Below are positions 15,024 through 27,225 of a stretch of 64,000 bases of DNA, in pieces (position 1 is the stretch's first letter; each line of letters opens with the position of its first letter). The position numbers and the translations under genes were made by a program. Below the pieces are notes generated by a model that made no database searches, was not told the origin of the DNA, and saw only the letters and a list, made by a program, of their open reading frames with translations. The stretch is from Paramecium tetraurelia (Eukaryota), in assembly GCA_000165425.1 (NCBI GenBank), contig CT868618.1:1-64000 (forward strand). The letters are read 5' to 3'.

Positions 15024-17259
15024 TCAAATAATAGTAAAAACAATTTTTTCTATAAATCTTTTTGTATATTCTTAAGGATTTTAAGCGGAAGTATCAAGAT
15101 CTATTTTTACATTTAAGGCTTTTTTTGTGACTTATTCAATCCTTTTTTCAGCATTCCATTCTTGTAGGTAATCAATAATTGCAATATGGTAGTATACCCC
15201 TTATTCTTTTATTGATGGTATACAAGATAATTCTGAATTAAAAAATTTGAAGATCTAAAACTAATATTAAATATTACATCTATTTAAGGTTATATCTATA
15301 AGTAAGATGACCAATTCATTTTTATAATTAACAAAGAATAATCCATTAGATTTAACTCTGAAAAAAATTTGGAATCTTGAATTAAGCTGTTTTTTAATCT
15401 ATCTTTAAATTTTTCAGGAATAAATAATTTGCCTTCTTCCTCTTTAAAGTCAATATCTTTGAGAGTAGTCTTTGTCAAATCCTTAGTGAAATCATTTTAT
15501 TTCAAAACTTTTCTTTAATACTCAGATCCTTTTAGGTCATAGGTTCTCATTACATAAGATGATGGAATTTGGAGAGCATTTCTCATCACAATAAATATTT
15601 GAGATTCTTATCCCTATAATTAAAACAAATTTTACATTTTGTAACACAAACTTAAAGATTCCATAAATTGGGGAGATTAGGGACTCATTTCTATTTAAAT
15701 GTAGGAAGTACCTGCCCAAGTTTTTTTGAATTATTAATAATTCTTATTCAACAATTGTTTTGATTAAAAGTTTATTGTCAAAGGTAAAAAAAAAGAACGC
15801 TCCTCCCTTTCCACCATCAGGACCTTTAAAAGAATTGATTTATTCTTAATTAGATATTGGATCAAAAGACTAAGAATAATTATTTATTTTCCTATCTTTT
15901 TTTCTCAATTTTTGAAAAACTTTTGGAGCATAAATAATAATAGTAGAAGCCATCAATCTGAGTTCAATCTCTAGGTCTTATTCAGGTGGAATAACAAACT
16001 GAGCTTGTTCATTAATTTCCTCCTCAGTTATTTTATCTTGAATTTCTTGAATCTACTTGGATTAAATTTCTGACGTTTGATTGTTTACTTTGTGATTTTT
16101 TTTTAATAAATAGCTACCTTTTGAAGCATTTTCTATGTAATTATCTTATTAAAATATTTATTATATGCTATAAACAATTGTATTAACCTTATCTATGAGC
16201 AAAGTTTTAGCTATAACTACCAAATTCTGCTCTTCAGATACTAAGGATAATTAATATTAAAATACATAAAGAACTGCCAACTTCCGATTTGGATGAAAGT
16301 CGTTTCCAAATTAATAAGATTTACCTGTTTATAGTTGGGTCTCGAAGCCTTAATATTGATAATACAAATGGGGTGCATAATTTAGCAGAATTTTCAATAG
16401 TGATAAATATTAATAGCCATCCCTTTTGAAATTTTGTGCAATTAAGTCCAACTAGAATATAACTTATTGCTTAAGTTAGTTATATACAAAATTAAGCCGT
16501 TATGTATGAAGAATAATATCGAGTAACTTTTCCTATCAAATTTAAATATCTTTGATTTTCAGGAACAGCCTTTTTAATATACAGCATTGTATAAACTGAC
16601 ATAAAAGTATTTACAAAAACCAAAAACAAACCAGCAAAATTGAATCCAGGATTATACTTTAAACTACAAGTGCCAAATAAAGACAATCCATTATAATTAA
16701 AAATTTTTGCTATCAAGGTTACAGATATCATGGTAAACCAAGCAATAACATGAAGAATGAGGCGTAGTTTTTTTTTTGTTGCAAATTAATCCTTTAGAGT
16801 TATTCTTACATAAAGACAGAATATTAAATTATAGGTGATTTCTCCAGCTCCAGCAAATATGCTTACAATTGAATTAATTTAGCAAAATATATCATCACTT
16901 AGAGGACTACTCTCATTTATTATAAAGTATATGCATGTGCTAAACCAATGAACACATAGGATGGCCTCACAAAAAGAAATAAAGAATATGATATCGCCAG
17001 GCATTTTCCAAGTTTTTGGATAAATCATAAAACTTAGCATAATAATCATTGTTAAAATGAAAGCTATTATTGCTAATAATTACAAAAATTACTTACGAAA
17101 GATGAGAAAAATATATTAGTCAATAGTCTAAAGTCTTATAGCTTACGATAGCTCCTCATTACTTAAGCCTGAGTTACAATCAACTACCTCTGAATCACTA
17201 TAAATTCCCTTAACTTAACTCATTATTATTAGAATTAAGGCTGCATGCATTATTTACAT
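15024..17259 (-). CDS. 7TM GPCR-like receptor fused to a C-terminal phosphatidylinositol phosphate kinase (GPCR-PIPK)
   Basis: Signal peptide and multiple TM helices (IFFISFCEAILCVHW, DIFCQINSIVSIFAG, LHVIAWF, GLSLFGTCSL), then PIPK motifs GKGGAFFFFTFDNKLLIKT, TYDLKGS, LKDIDF, LMDYSLL, IAIIDYLQEW. About four 22-25 nt introns (e.g. 17075-17098). Confidence 0.9.
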
Positions 17260-17781
17260 TTTCTGTAGAATTTTGTATCGAAAATATTATATGATTTTAT
17301 ACTAAAACCAAAAGTGATAATATGGAATACAACCAGAAATTATCAAAGTATTTTAATGAGTGTATTTGTTTTTTCCTTAATGAGAACTTTGTAAATAATA
17401 AAATCAATATGAGCTAAAACTCTTAACCTTTGCTTTTTTATTTCGAAAATACATTAAATAATTACATAATAGCCCAATCTTTCCTCGTACTATTTTACAT
17501 TAAATGATAAGGGGAAAGAAAGAGTAATAAATTGATATCTAAGTTAAAACACTAACAAATTATGTAAAATCTAACCTTAAATTGATTAATTTTATTAAAG
17601 TATTTATTTAATAAAATGAATATTAATAAGGCTTGCACATTCAAATTTATGTTGTAAAACTCTTTCTATTTGATTATTAAACAAAAAATAAGTTAAGGGA
17701 ATATTATAAACAAGTTTTGTTTGCTAGATCTAATTAAACCTATAAAATAATTAAAAGAAATTAAATTAAATAATCGGAATA

Positions 17782-18255
17782 ATGGGTTAAATTTCTTGTT
17801 TTTAAGGAAATGAATTAACAGAGTTTAATGTATTATTACTTGGCCCATCTGGATCTGGAAAGACAAGAATTGTGACAGAAAAAACTTTAGGACCTACAAT
17901 TAGTAATGAAAAATTTAATTTTATAGAGCTATAAAAGCACTTAATAAAATTGAATGATAACCATGGATTGAATTTTTATGACACCCCTGGGATTCTTAGT
18001 TTATTCAAATAATGTCTGAATTAGGATATTATACAAAGTGTTGATATCATTGCGTGTTTTCCTAATTCAGAACAATACAAGGACTATATAAAAGAATTAT
18101 TACAAAATAATACAAAGTTATTCAAATAGATTCCATTTTATGATATTCCAGGAGATTTAGACTCAAAGGAGATAAGGAATAAGATTTATTTGTTTATTTT
18201 ATCATAGAGTAAAAGAAAATCAAAAAAACCAAGTTATAATTAAGAAATTGTCTGA
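17782..18255 (+). CDS. Divergent small Arf/Arl-like GTPase
   Basis: MGQISCF N-terminus, VLLLGPSGSGKT P-loop, GPT switch I, FYDTPG. One 24-nt intron; no clear NKxD. Confidence 0.7.
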
Positions 18256-18301
18256 TTTTGATCAATTTATTGTTTATGTTTCTTATATAAATGATAATCC
18301 A

Positions 18302-19482
18302 TCATTTTTTTACCATAATCTTATGCGGATCAACATTTGATCCACATAATACAATTAAACATGAAAGACGCCCTATAGGATAGTTCATAAAGCCAGCATA
18401 AGCTAATGCTGCAGCTCCTTCAACAATAAGTTTGTGCTCATTTAATAATTTTAGTTAGGCTTCTAATATTTGATCTTCTTTCACTAAAACCCAATCATCA
18501 ACCAGATGCTTGCAAATTTCAATCGTGATAGCATTTTCTTCAACTCCACCAGAGGTTCCATCAGATAGAGTGTCAAGCAATTTGTATTCTCCTTTATTAC
18601 GTAATATCTAATTGTATTTTTAAATTTACATTGTACATAGCTGCATTATCTTTTGGTTAAACTCCAATAATTTTAGTACCCTTATTTTTTAGATACTTAA
18701 AATATAAGGCAATTCCTCCTATCAAACCACCGCCCCCGCATGAGACAAATATAAAATCGAGTTCTTCATTTTAAGCGTTAAAACTACATAAACATATAGA
18801 ATTACTATTAATCTATTTCTTCTCCTATAGTGCAACTACCCAAAATCATATTTATATCATTATAAGGAGAGGCATAAGAGCAATTATGCTTTTCTGCGTA
18901 TTATCGAGCTTTTTATTCACTTTCAACACAGTCCTAGCCTGCATAAATTATGGGACAAGTAATTTCTTTTAATTTATCTCTATTTACATTTTTAGGTACA
19001 AATATGATTAAATTAGATTTATCAAGTTCTTCTTAAGAGTATTATTATTGTTATTATTATAATTCCTAATAATCAGGTTGAGGAGTTGGAGTATTGTATT
19101 CGTTTGATTAAATCTATTAAATTTATTTGTAATCCTGTTAAAAAATTTCACTCTAATTCTTTGTTTCTTCTGAACAACTTTTGTAAGCATAAAAACAAGC
19201 TTTTGCAAAATTACCTGTACTAGCAACGACAATTTATTGATTTGGCTGATCTTAAAAGTATAGAAAAGCTCCTCTAATTTTAAAACTTCCAGATGTTTAA
19301 TGACTTTCAAGTTTTAAATAAGTTTTATCTTTGATTTTTAGGATTGGTGTATTGATAATTGGAGATATATCTGATTTAAGCGTCTGATGGGCCACTGGAA
19401 ATTTCTTTTTAACTTTTTTAAGGAATTCTTATGAGATAGTATCTAAGAGAGGTTTTCTAGAGGTAGAACAATCTAATCCCAT
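18302..19482 (-). CDS. PLP-dependent serine/threonine dehydratase / serine racemase family (fold type II)
   Basis: YLKLESHQTSGSFKIRGA (PLP Lys), VASTGNFA, SPYND, SCGGGGLIGG, TLSDG, VEGAAAL, CGSNV. Short introns present. Confidence 0.88.
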
Positions 19483-19509
19483 TTTTAATTTATATATTAA
19501 TAATAAATT

Positions 19510-20021
19510 ATGAGTGAAGAGGAATAAGTTAATGGAAAATTTGATTATTTAAAAGCCAAATATGTTTTTAGATTCCCTTTTACAGTAACTGCATTAAAAT
19601 GGGGATTCGGATTATGTATGATATTAATAAATTGATGCAATTTATACATTTTTTGGAATTCATCAATATATAAAATCAAGAGATGGATGGCTAGTATGAG
19701 ATGGTTTATTTGGGGTAATGTTTTAACTACTTTACCTATTTGGGGTTTCTTTATGATGAAATATTCATTCTATAGCAGCACATTAAGGAAATTTGAATCT
19801 GAATAATCAAGATAATATGAAATTTAAGGTTAACGAGAGTTTATTTGGCTAATAAGATGGGAATAGATCCAGAAAGCAGTGATGAGGATCTTTTGAAGTA
19901 AAATATATATCTATGATTTAGAGAGTATCAGAAGAAGAGTGAAAAAATAAAGGAAAAAAATAACCTCTTGGACAAATTGCTAGTTGGAGTTGAATTTTCT
20001 TAATTTGAGTTTCCTAAGTGA
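19510..20021 (+). CDS. Small two-TM membrane protein of unknown function; several apparent 1-nt indels
   Basis: MSEEEQVNGKFDYLKAKYVFRFPFTVTALKWGFGL-intron-FFGIHQY...MRWFIWGNVLTTLPIWGFFMMKY. Indels are needed near 19646, 19685 and 19842. Confidence 0.55.
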
Positions 20022-20202
20022 ATTATTAAATATTATAATTGGTTTAGAAGCACTATAAACTAATTAACATCATATAATTAATATGAATAATTTATTAAAA
20101 TATTTCATAATTATTATTATCATTGCGTAATTTTACTATTTAAAAACATTCTTGTAAATTATTATGGCACACATTTATTATTTTGTTTAAATTAATATCT
20201 AC

Positions 20203-21536
20203 ATGGAAGGAATTTTAAGTTAAGCTAAACAATATATTGGAACTATCAATCAGGCTGCGAAATACTATACAGTTGACAACATTTTCATCCACACTGGGTA
20301 TAGAATCAACTATTCTACTCCTTGGCTAATACTAAAATCACTCTTTTAGAAACATAATGAACTTATCAATGTTTGGACTCATATTATAGGATCATTTCTT
20401 ACCCTCCTGTTAATAATATACATTGTTAGTTATCATTATGATTATAGAAAAAGATTAGAATAAGACATTGATCAAATATTTAGTTTTAATTCAACTCAAT
20501 ATTCAACTTCAATTAACAACCAAAACATAGAGGCAGATAAACTCAAATACGAAGAAATTTTTAATAAAATTGATCATTTTCAAAATTCAATGCTTACTTC
20601 TGAATCTTACAAAGAGATTGTTCATTTAATGAAAATTACAATAGAAATACTCCATTTTGAAGAAGTAAAAGAATACACAATTGTATTCTAAAATAAATTT
20701 AATTTATTTAAAGATAAAATAATATAAGAAGTAAATATTATTCAATATCATTAAGATCGACAGTGAACAATTCGATTGGGTCGAAATCTACAAGCATGAC
20801 TATTCCCATACTTCTATTTTGAAATAAGAACAATTTCTCAGGAAAAATTCTGATCCTTATAATGTTTCAAGATGGCCCATAGTTGTATTTTTGATCAGTG
20901 GTTTGATGTGTATGACAGGTTCAGCATTATTCCATCTTTTTTATTAAATGAGCGAAGCAGCTAATAAATATCTTATGAGAGTTGATTATGGTAGTATTTC
21001 ACTGCTTATTTTGGGTTCTTGCTTTCCTCCATTTTATTATGGATTTTATTGTGATACATTTTTGAGATACTTTTATCTGATTACTGTTGGATCAGCTTGT
21101 TTGGCAGCTTACATTGTTTCTATTTTTGATTTCATTCATACTGAAAAGTGGAGAAAAATTAAAGGCCTTATGTATGGATCTTTAGGGTTATTCGCAGGTG
21201 TTCCAGCTTTTCACCTTTACTTAAGAGAGTATAAATTTCTTTTAATTTCAAATAGATTTTATAGAGAGGATATTTCAGATTATTTACCATTCAAACACTC
21301 ATTTATATTTTATATTTTGATGGGATCAAGTTACTTATTTGGTTTGGCTTTGTATACTTTAAGAATTCCTGAGAGGTTTATGCCAGGCAAATTTGATATT
21401 TTTGTAATGATCAATTTTATTTTAGGGTCATAGTCATTAATGGTGGCATTGTTTTGTTTTTTTAGGAGTCTTTTTCCATTATTTTGGTTCTATATACAAC
21501 ATGGGAGATAGAAAATTTACATTTTGTCTAATTTGA
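20203..21536 (+). CDS. PAQR / hemolysin-III family 7TM protein (adiponectin-receptor-like)
   Basis: [55 protein letters not shown]. Short introns present. Confidence 0.92.
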
Positions 21537-21564
21537 ATTATTTATTATTATATTATAGTATTTA

Positions 21565-22810
21565 TCAGTTCTTTAAATTCTAGTATTGAAATGATTTTGA
21601 ATTAGGAGTGATATTTGAAAATGTCATTTCTCCAGTACTTAGTCTTTGTTAATTAATTTTTTAAAGTCCTTATAAGACTCTCTAGCCGTTTTCTTTGCCA
21701 TTGGATCTTCCTCTTCTTTAAATCTCGGCATTCATCACAAATATCTAGTTTTCCAAATTGTTAATTATTATTTTATACTCTGCCACTTATTCTGACAACG
21801 CATTTGCTTGTTATTAAAAGTCTTCTGAATAACTAAAAATGATTAATAATGAAGGAATACTTTTATGCTAATAAATCTAGTTGATTTTGTAATTACAGAT
21901 TTTCAGAATATAATTATTATGCTTAATTTTGTAAATCATTTACTTAAATTTCTAAATGATGAATTATCTCATCTTTATTTTCTTATTATTATTCAAATTC
22001 TTCTTATAACTCTTATTTTTCTTTAGCGAACTACTCTGCTAAATTTGACAATTATTTCTAAAAGTTTTACTCAATTTCTTTTTCTTTCTTGCTTAATTGA
22101 TCAAATAAATAATTATTTTGCTCCTTAATTTCATTCATTTAAAGTTGTAATTCTTAATAGATAGATAATTTTGATTCTTAGAAACTCTTACTTTATAACT
22201 GAGCAATCAATGATTATTATTCTTATTCTTTAATTAAAACTTATAGTTTGTATTCTTAAAATTATTATTATAATGACTCTTATTCTCTATTCAATTTTTA
22301 TAATAATCTCTTTGTTTCATCTAATTGATTATTATACAATTCATTTTATTATGTTAAATTCTCATTCTGTAATTATAGCTCTTCTAATTTTTATTCTAAC
22401 TGATGAGTTTATTATATGGAATCAAGATTTTCTTGATAACTGTGCTTCATAATAATTTTTTCTAATTTTTCCTAGAGTTCTTTCTTATCATTCAATAATT
22501 TAGAGATAGAACATTATTATTATGCCAAGAGATTTTGATACTGTTCAAATTTCATCTCATAGTAATATTTATCAGCATATGCTTAGGACAATCTTTAAAT
22601 CTCATTTTCCTATAAACAAATAGATTTTTGAACTTCTGGATCCTTACTAAAAATGACACTTTATTCATTAGTTTCTTGATCATTGTAATTAGTGCTATTG
22701 TCATCAATATTTGAAAACTAAGAGGTTTTTTCGAATTATTATTGATGCTCCTCAATGTAACTATGATCATAAGCCTTATTTTCATAAGAATGGGTTTTAT
22801 CAGTCAACAT
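21565..22810 (-). CDS. Coiled-coil protein of unknown function
   Basis: Open code-6 frame from MLTDKTHSYENK with long Q/E/K heptad-rich regions. Confidence 0.65.
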
Positions 22811-22968
22811 TAACGAATTTATTTTATTAATTAAAAATATATTAAATGAATCAAATAGAAATGTAGAAATGTTATAAGTCATTTTATTGCTAGTACTTTG
22901 TTTAAATATATACAAGTATAAATACATGAAATTATCTTATTTTATATAGAAATAAAAATTATTAAAAT

Positions 22969-23811
22969 ATGTCTGAGAATATCTAAAATAGAGTGTCTTC
23001 TATCTTTGAGAAATTAAACAACATTTCCTCTAGTGTTCAGGATGAGTAATAATTTATTTGATGATTAAGAAAGAACAATCGTTTTCATGCAATCAGTTAA
23101 TTGATCATGGCTTTTGAAGCATAATTACAACATTAGTCCGATTAAAAGGAGGAGAAGTTTACTTACATTGCTGCCAAAGTCAGACAGATAACTGAATTTT
23201 TAGAATAAGAACAGGAGAAGTATTTGAATAATTATACATTAAGTCGCGAAAGACAAGAAACAGAAACATTCAAATTAATTACAGACTTGGAAAGGCATGC
23301 AAGAAGATTGATTGAATAAAACTCTAAAGAGAGAGTAGAGTAAGAAAAAAAGGTTGTGTATTCAATTGGATAATAAATTGAATCCTTGCAATAGGATGTA
23401 ACTAAAGAAGGATTGGTAACAAATATATTAATTTAGGCATAATCAATATCTCATGAATATATTGATTCTTATTTGAATGAAGATTTACCAAAAATTGCTG
23501 ATGAATTGTAAAATGAAATCACAGAAAGAAAGGATGTAGAGGAAAACATTTATCATTAATTTGTCGAATAGTTAAATGATTTAAGATCACTATTTGAAAA
23601 GTAATTAAAAATTTATATTTAAAGAGAAAAAAAAGAGAGAGAAATAAAAGAAGAGGAAATTGTGGAAAGTTTAAGAGAGATCTCAAATAGAATCTAAGAG
23701 TAATTGAGAAAAACAAGAGGAGAAAGGGAAAAGACAGAGGAGACATTAGTCACATTAGTTGAAAAAGTTATTGAAAAACTGAAAAGAGAAATGTTAGAAA
23801 TGAATTTATGA
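22969..23811 (+). CDS. SF-assemblin / striated-rootlet (kinetodesmal fibre) protein
   Basis: Coiled coil ending RREREKTEETLVTLVEKVIEKLK, the SF-assemblin C-terminal pattern. Four short GT-AG introns. Confidence 0.75.
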
Positions 23812-24397
23812 ATAAAATATAATTCAGAGTTTATAAGAAAATATGTTATTGAACATTTTTTCTGGAAGAATAAAATATTTGATTTTAGTTTTAAAAGGGT
23901 CAAAAGTTTGACTTCCATCAATACATTACTGATTTCTGTGTTGAACAATAACACTTCTCACTGCTTTATCTATAATCATTTATTTTTTTCTCATTTGAGT
24001 TTGAAAGGGGAGAATAAATTTTTGAATTTATGTATTATTTTTTAATAAAGTCTAATAAATGGTCAACTGAAAGTTCAAGTTAAGATATCAATATGATTAC
24101 CAAATTCTATTATCATAAAAACAAAGAGAACAATTTATCTGATTTCTTTATTATTAAATGAAACAACCCTAAAATATAAATACATTAAATATGCTACAAA
24201 AGAATAAATTTTTTGCTTTTAGTATTATTTTAATATTCATAATTATATTAAAAATTAATGCATCAATTAATTAATGTTTGATATAGTAATTGCGTTTTTG
24301 AAATCCCATTATCTTCGGTGCTTTTATAAATAGGCAGTTATTAAGATAATTGAAAAACAAAATTGCTTTTCAAACTATGAAATTTTAATATTTAATA

Positions 24398-25179
24398 ATG
24401 CAAAATATTTTATTACCATATTCAAAGGAACTTTAAAGTAAAATAACTTCTTTATAAAAGAACTTGAAACTAGAATTGAAAATAAGGTTTAGAGTGGAGT
24501 ATATTCAAATCCACTATAAGGTAAATACATAAATAACTTAAGAACAAATGCAAAGAGCAAAACTAAATATCATTCGATTAGAATCCATTCATTTGAAAAA
24601 AAAAAAATTAAGTTCCAATTACAATGAAAAGCTTTAGAAATTAAATGAAAAATTATCTAACCAAATGGAAACAAGTTAGCAGAAAAAAGAAGAAAAATTA
24701 AATGCATTACAGAATAAATTGAAAAAACTTAATTAACCAAAAAAACCTCTTTAAATGTCATTTCAAGAAGAGACTAGCAACAGATAATCAGAGTCTCCAA
24801 TTAAGAAGGAAATATTATAGACTCCTTAAAACAAGGCTGTTTAGAAATAGGAGATTCATGAGCATAAAATTCAAAAGATCAAATTAGCTGAACCCAAAAA
24901 GGTTAATGAAGTAAGATTAATGGATTATTAAAGAATGAATTATTCGATTAATTAAATAGGAGTATGGATGCAGCAAAGTAAAGGAAATCTGAAAGAATTG
25001 ATATTATTAAAAAAAAGTTGCATGGTCAAGATGAGATTGTATTGAGTGTTATAGACTTTAGGTTCATTAACATATGGAAAAGTCGTAAAAAAATAAAGAA
25101 GAATTAGAATAGTAAAGATTAAATTAGATTTATCAGAAATTATTGCATCTAGCATAAAGGACTTAGGAGAAATAAATGA
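24398..25179 (+). CDS. Basic coiled-coil hypothetical protein (possible indels)
   Basis: Two short introns; frame reads ...ELFDQLNRSMDAAKQRKSERIDIIKKKLHGQ...RRNK-TGA. The 5' part needs frame changes. Confidence 0.4.
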
Positions 25180-26007
25180 AACAGCAGAGTAAAGAAAGAA
25201 GAAAATCAATGCATTAGGAATTATCGAATAGTGGATCATAAAATAAATATAAGGAGTTGAAATAGTAAGATTCAAAAGCAGAATCAATTAGAACAGCGAG
25301 ATCTGTTTAAAATGATTATAAATTTATATAAGTGAGGCAGAGATTAGAAAAATTAAATATTGAAAGAGAAATGTAAGCTTAAAGCATTCTGGACAAACAT
25401 TAGCAATATTCAACTAGAATTCAATAAAATAAACAATTATTAGATGAATTAGCTAATACGTGTTAATATTATAATTTTAAGATCAAAGAATAATATTTGT
25501 TATGATTTATTTATTTATTATACATATAAAAAATTGTCGAAGATAATTTACGCCTTATCAATTATATAAATAGATTGTTTTATTATGCTCAAACAAAGCT
25601 CAAACAAAGCTTTGTTCTGATGTAGCTAAAATGAAAGTTAAATCCATAATTAATTTAAAAACATATATTAGATTTTTAAACTTTGGAGTACAAGGAAGGT
25701 AATGTACTTTGAAATTAGAATAAATTAGCTGCCAATCGATTGAGAGAACAATTGTGGAATAAAAAATAATTTAAAAAAATTAATAGTGAATAATAATGGA
25801 AGTAAATTAAACACCTGCAAATTAGAAATTGCTAGGTGCTTTATTCTAATATACCTATAAAAAGTAAACAAAACCCTTATTTAAGAGTAAAATCTCTTTC
25901 ATAATAGAAAGATAAAAATGGAATAATTACACTTGATTGGTTGGACAGGAAAATTTCAGAATGTTCCTAACAAATATGATTATTGCACATAGTATGCAGT
26001 TTAAATT

Positions 26008-26019
26008 AAATCCGTTTTT
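26008..26019 (+). promoter_or_regulatory. AAATCCGTTTTT motif upstream of TMP paralog 1
   Basis: Identical CG-containing 12-mer at a similar distance upstream of the ATG of TMP paralog 2 (54127-54138). Confidence 0.4.
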
Positions 26020-26079
26020 CATTATAGATTTTTTCATTTTAAAACTGATTTACACCATGGAAATTTATCATTATAATTA

Positions 26080-27175
26080 ATGAGAATCGCCTTGTGCTTA
26101 TTAGTCATTTTAGCTGTTGCTAGTGCTACAACAAAATTCAATTTAGATTATTCTAAGAGGAAGGTCTATGACAGCTGTTTTAGCTGAAGTAGAAGCTAAA
26201 TTGAAGAACAAATCACCACTTGAAGCAATTTTGAATGTTTTAAGAGATTTCAGAGATGCAGTCAATACAGAATAAGTCAGTCATGATGAAATCTACAATA
26301 TCTAACAAGTTGAATGTGATTCTGAGAATTAATTCAGAAGTGCCGAAGTTCAAGATGCTAGCAATGTTCTTAGAGACTCAACAGCTGCTTTAAATGTTGC
26401 TTAAACATCAAAAATTAGAGCTACAAACCAATAAGAAGTCAACCAATAACAATATTTCTCAGCTCAAGAACATTTGACCTCTGTTTAAACTTCCGCTGAA
26501 GGTGAAGCTGGATATTTCAAGAAAAGAGGAAGAGATTATGAAGATGCTCTCCATGCCATTGATGAGGCTTCCGATATTTTGGCTTCCATTTATAGTGGAT
26601 CAGGATCATTCCTTGAAATTAGTAGAGTTGCTAAGAGTATGCTCCAAACAGCTTTCAGTATCAAAGAAACCACCAGATTCGCACCAATCTTCTATGCCTT
26701 TGCTTAATTGGCTACATAAGAAGGATAACTTGATGAATCAGCTCTTGAAAGAGTCGCTTAACTTTTGGAAACCTTAAGAGCCAATATCTAAGAAGCATAT
26801 AATGATTATGCAGAATCAAATGCTGTTTCAGTTGCAGCCTTTAATGACTAAAAAGAAAGATTAGGATAAACAATTGCCAGACTTGAAGCTTAAAATGAAA
26901 GACTTTAAAATAAATTAGATTCATTGAATTAACAAATTGGATCCTAATCAGCTATTGCTTAAAGAGCTTCAGGAAAACTCTAAAGAAACCAATAACTTTG
27001 GGATTAAGCATAAGCCTTATGCTCAACTTTTGCTAATGAATACAATTTTGCCACTTAAGCTAGAAGAAATGAAATCTAATTGGTTGCTTAATTAGAAGAA
27101 CTCGTTGAATCCAGATTTAACTAAGTTGATGATGAAAACCATGAAAGAAATTAAAGAATTGCTAGCCATGCTTGA
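26080..27175 (+). CDS. TMP: Trichocyst matrix protein precursor (TMP/GRL family), paralog 1; +1 frameshift near 26160
   Basis: Signal peptide MRIALCLLVILAVASA, SPLEAILNVL, HAIDEA, GSFLE, APIFYAFAQLA, RRNEIQLVAQLE. Length 1096 nt = 3n+1; colinear with 54193-55293. Confidence 0.85.
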
Positions 27176-27225
27176 TTTGATTTATTTCATTTTATTTCCA
27201 TTAAATTTAAATTTATAACAGAAAA

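Noticed and set aside
19616..19647. Non-canonical intron lacking a 3' AG
   Set aside because: Adding one G gives a normal TAG acceptor in frame, and the same gene has other indels, so a sequence error is more likely.
26150..26170. Programmed +1 ribosomal frameshifting (Euplotes-style)
   Set aside because: The indel sites share no AAA-TAR type motif, TAR encodes Gln here, and the paralog is intact.
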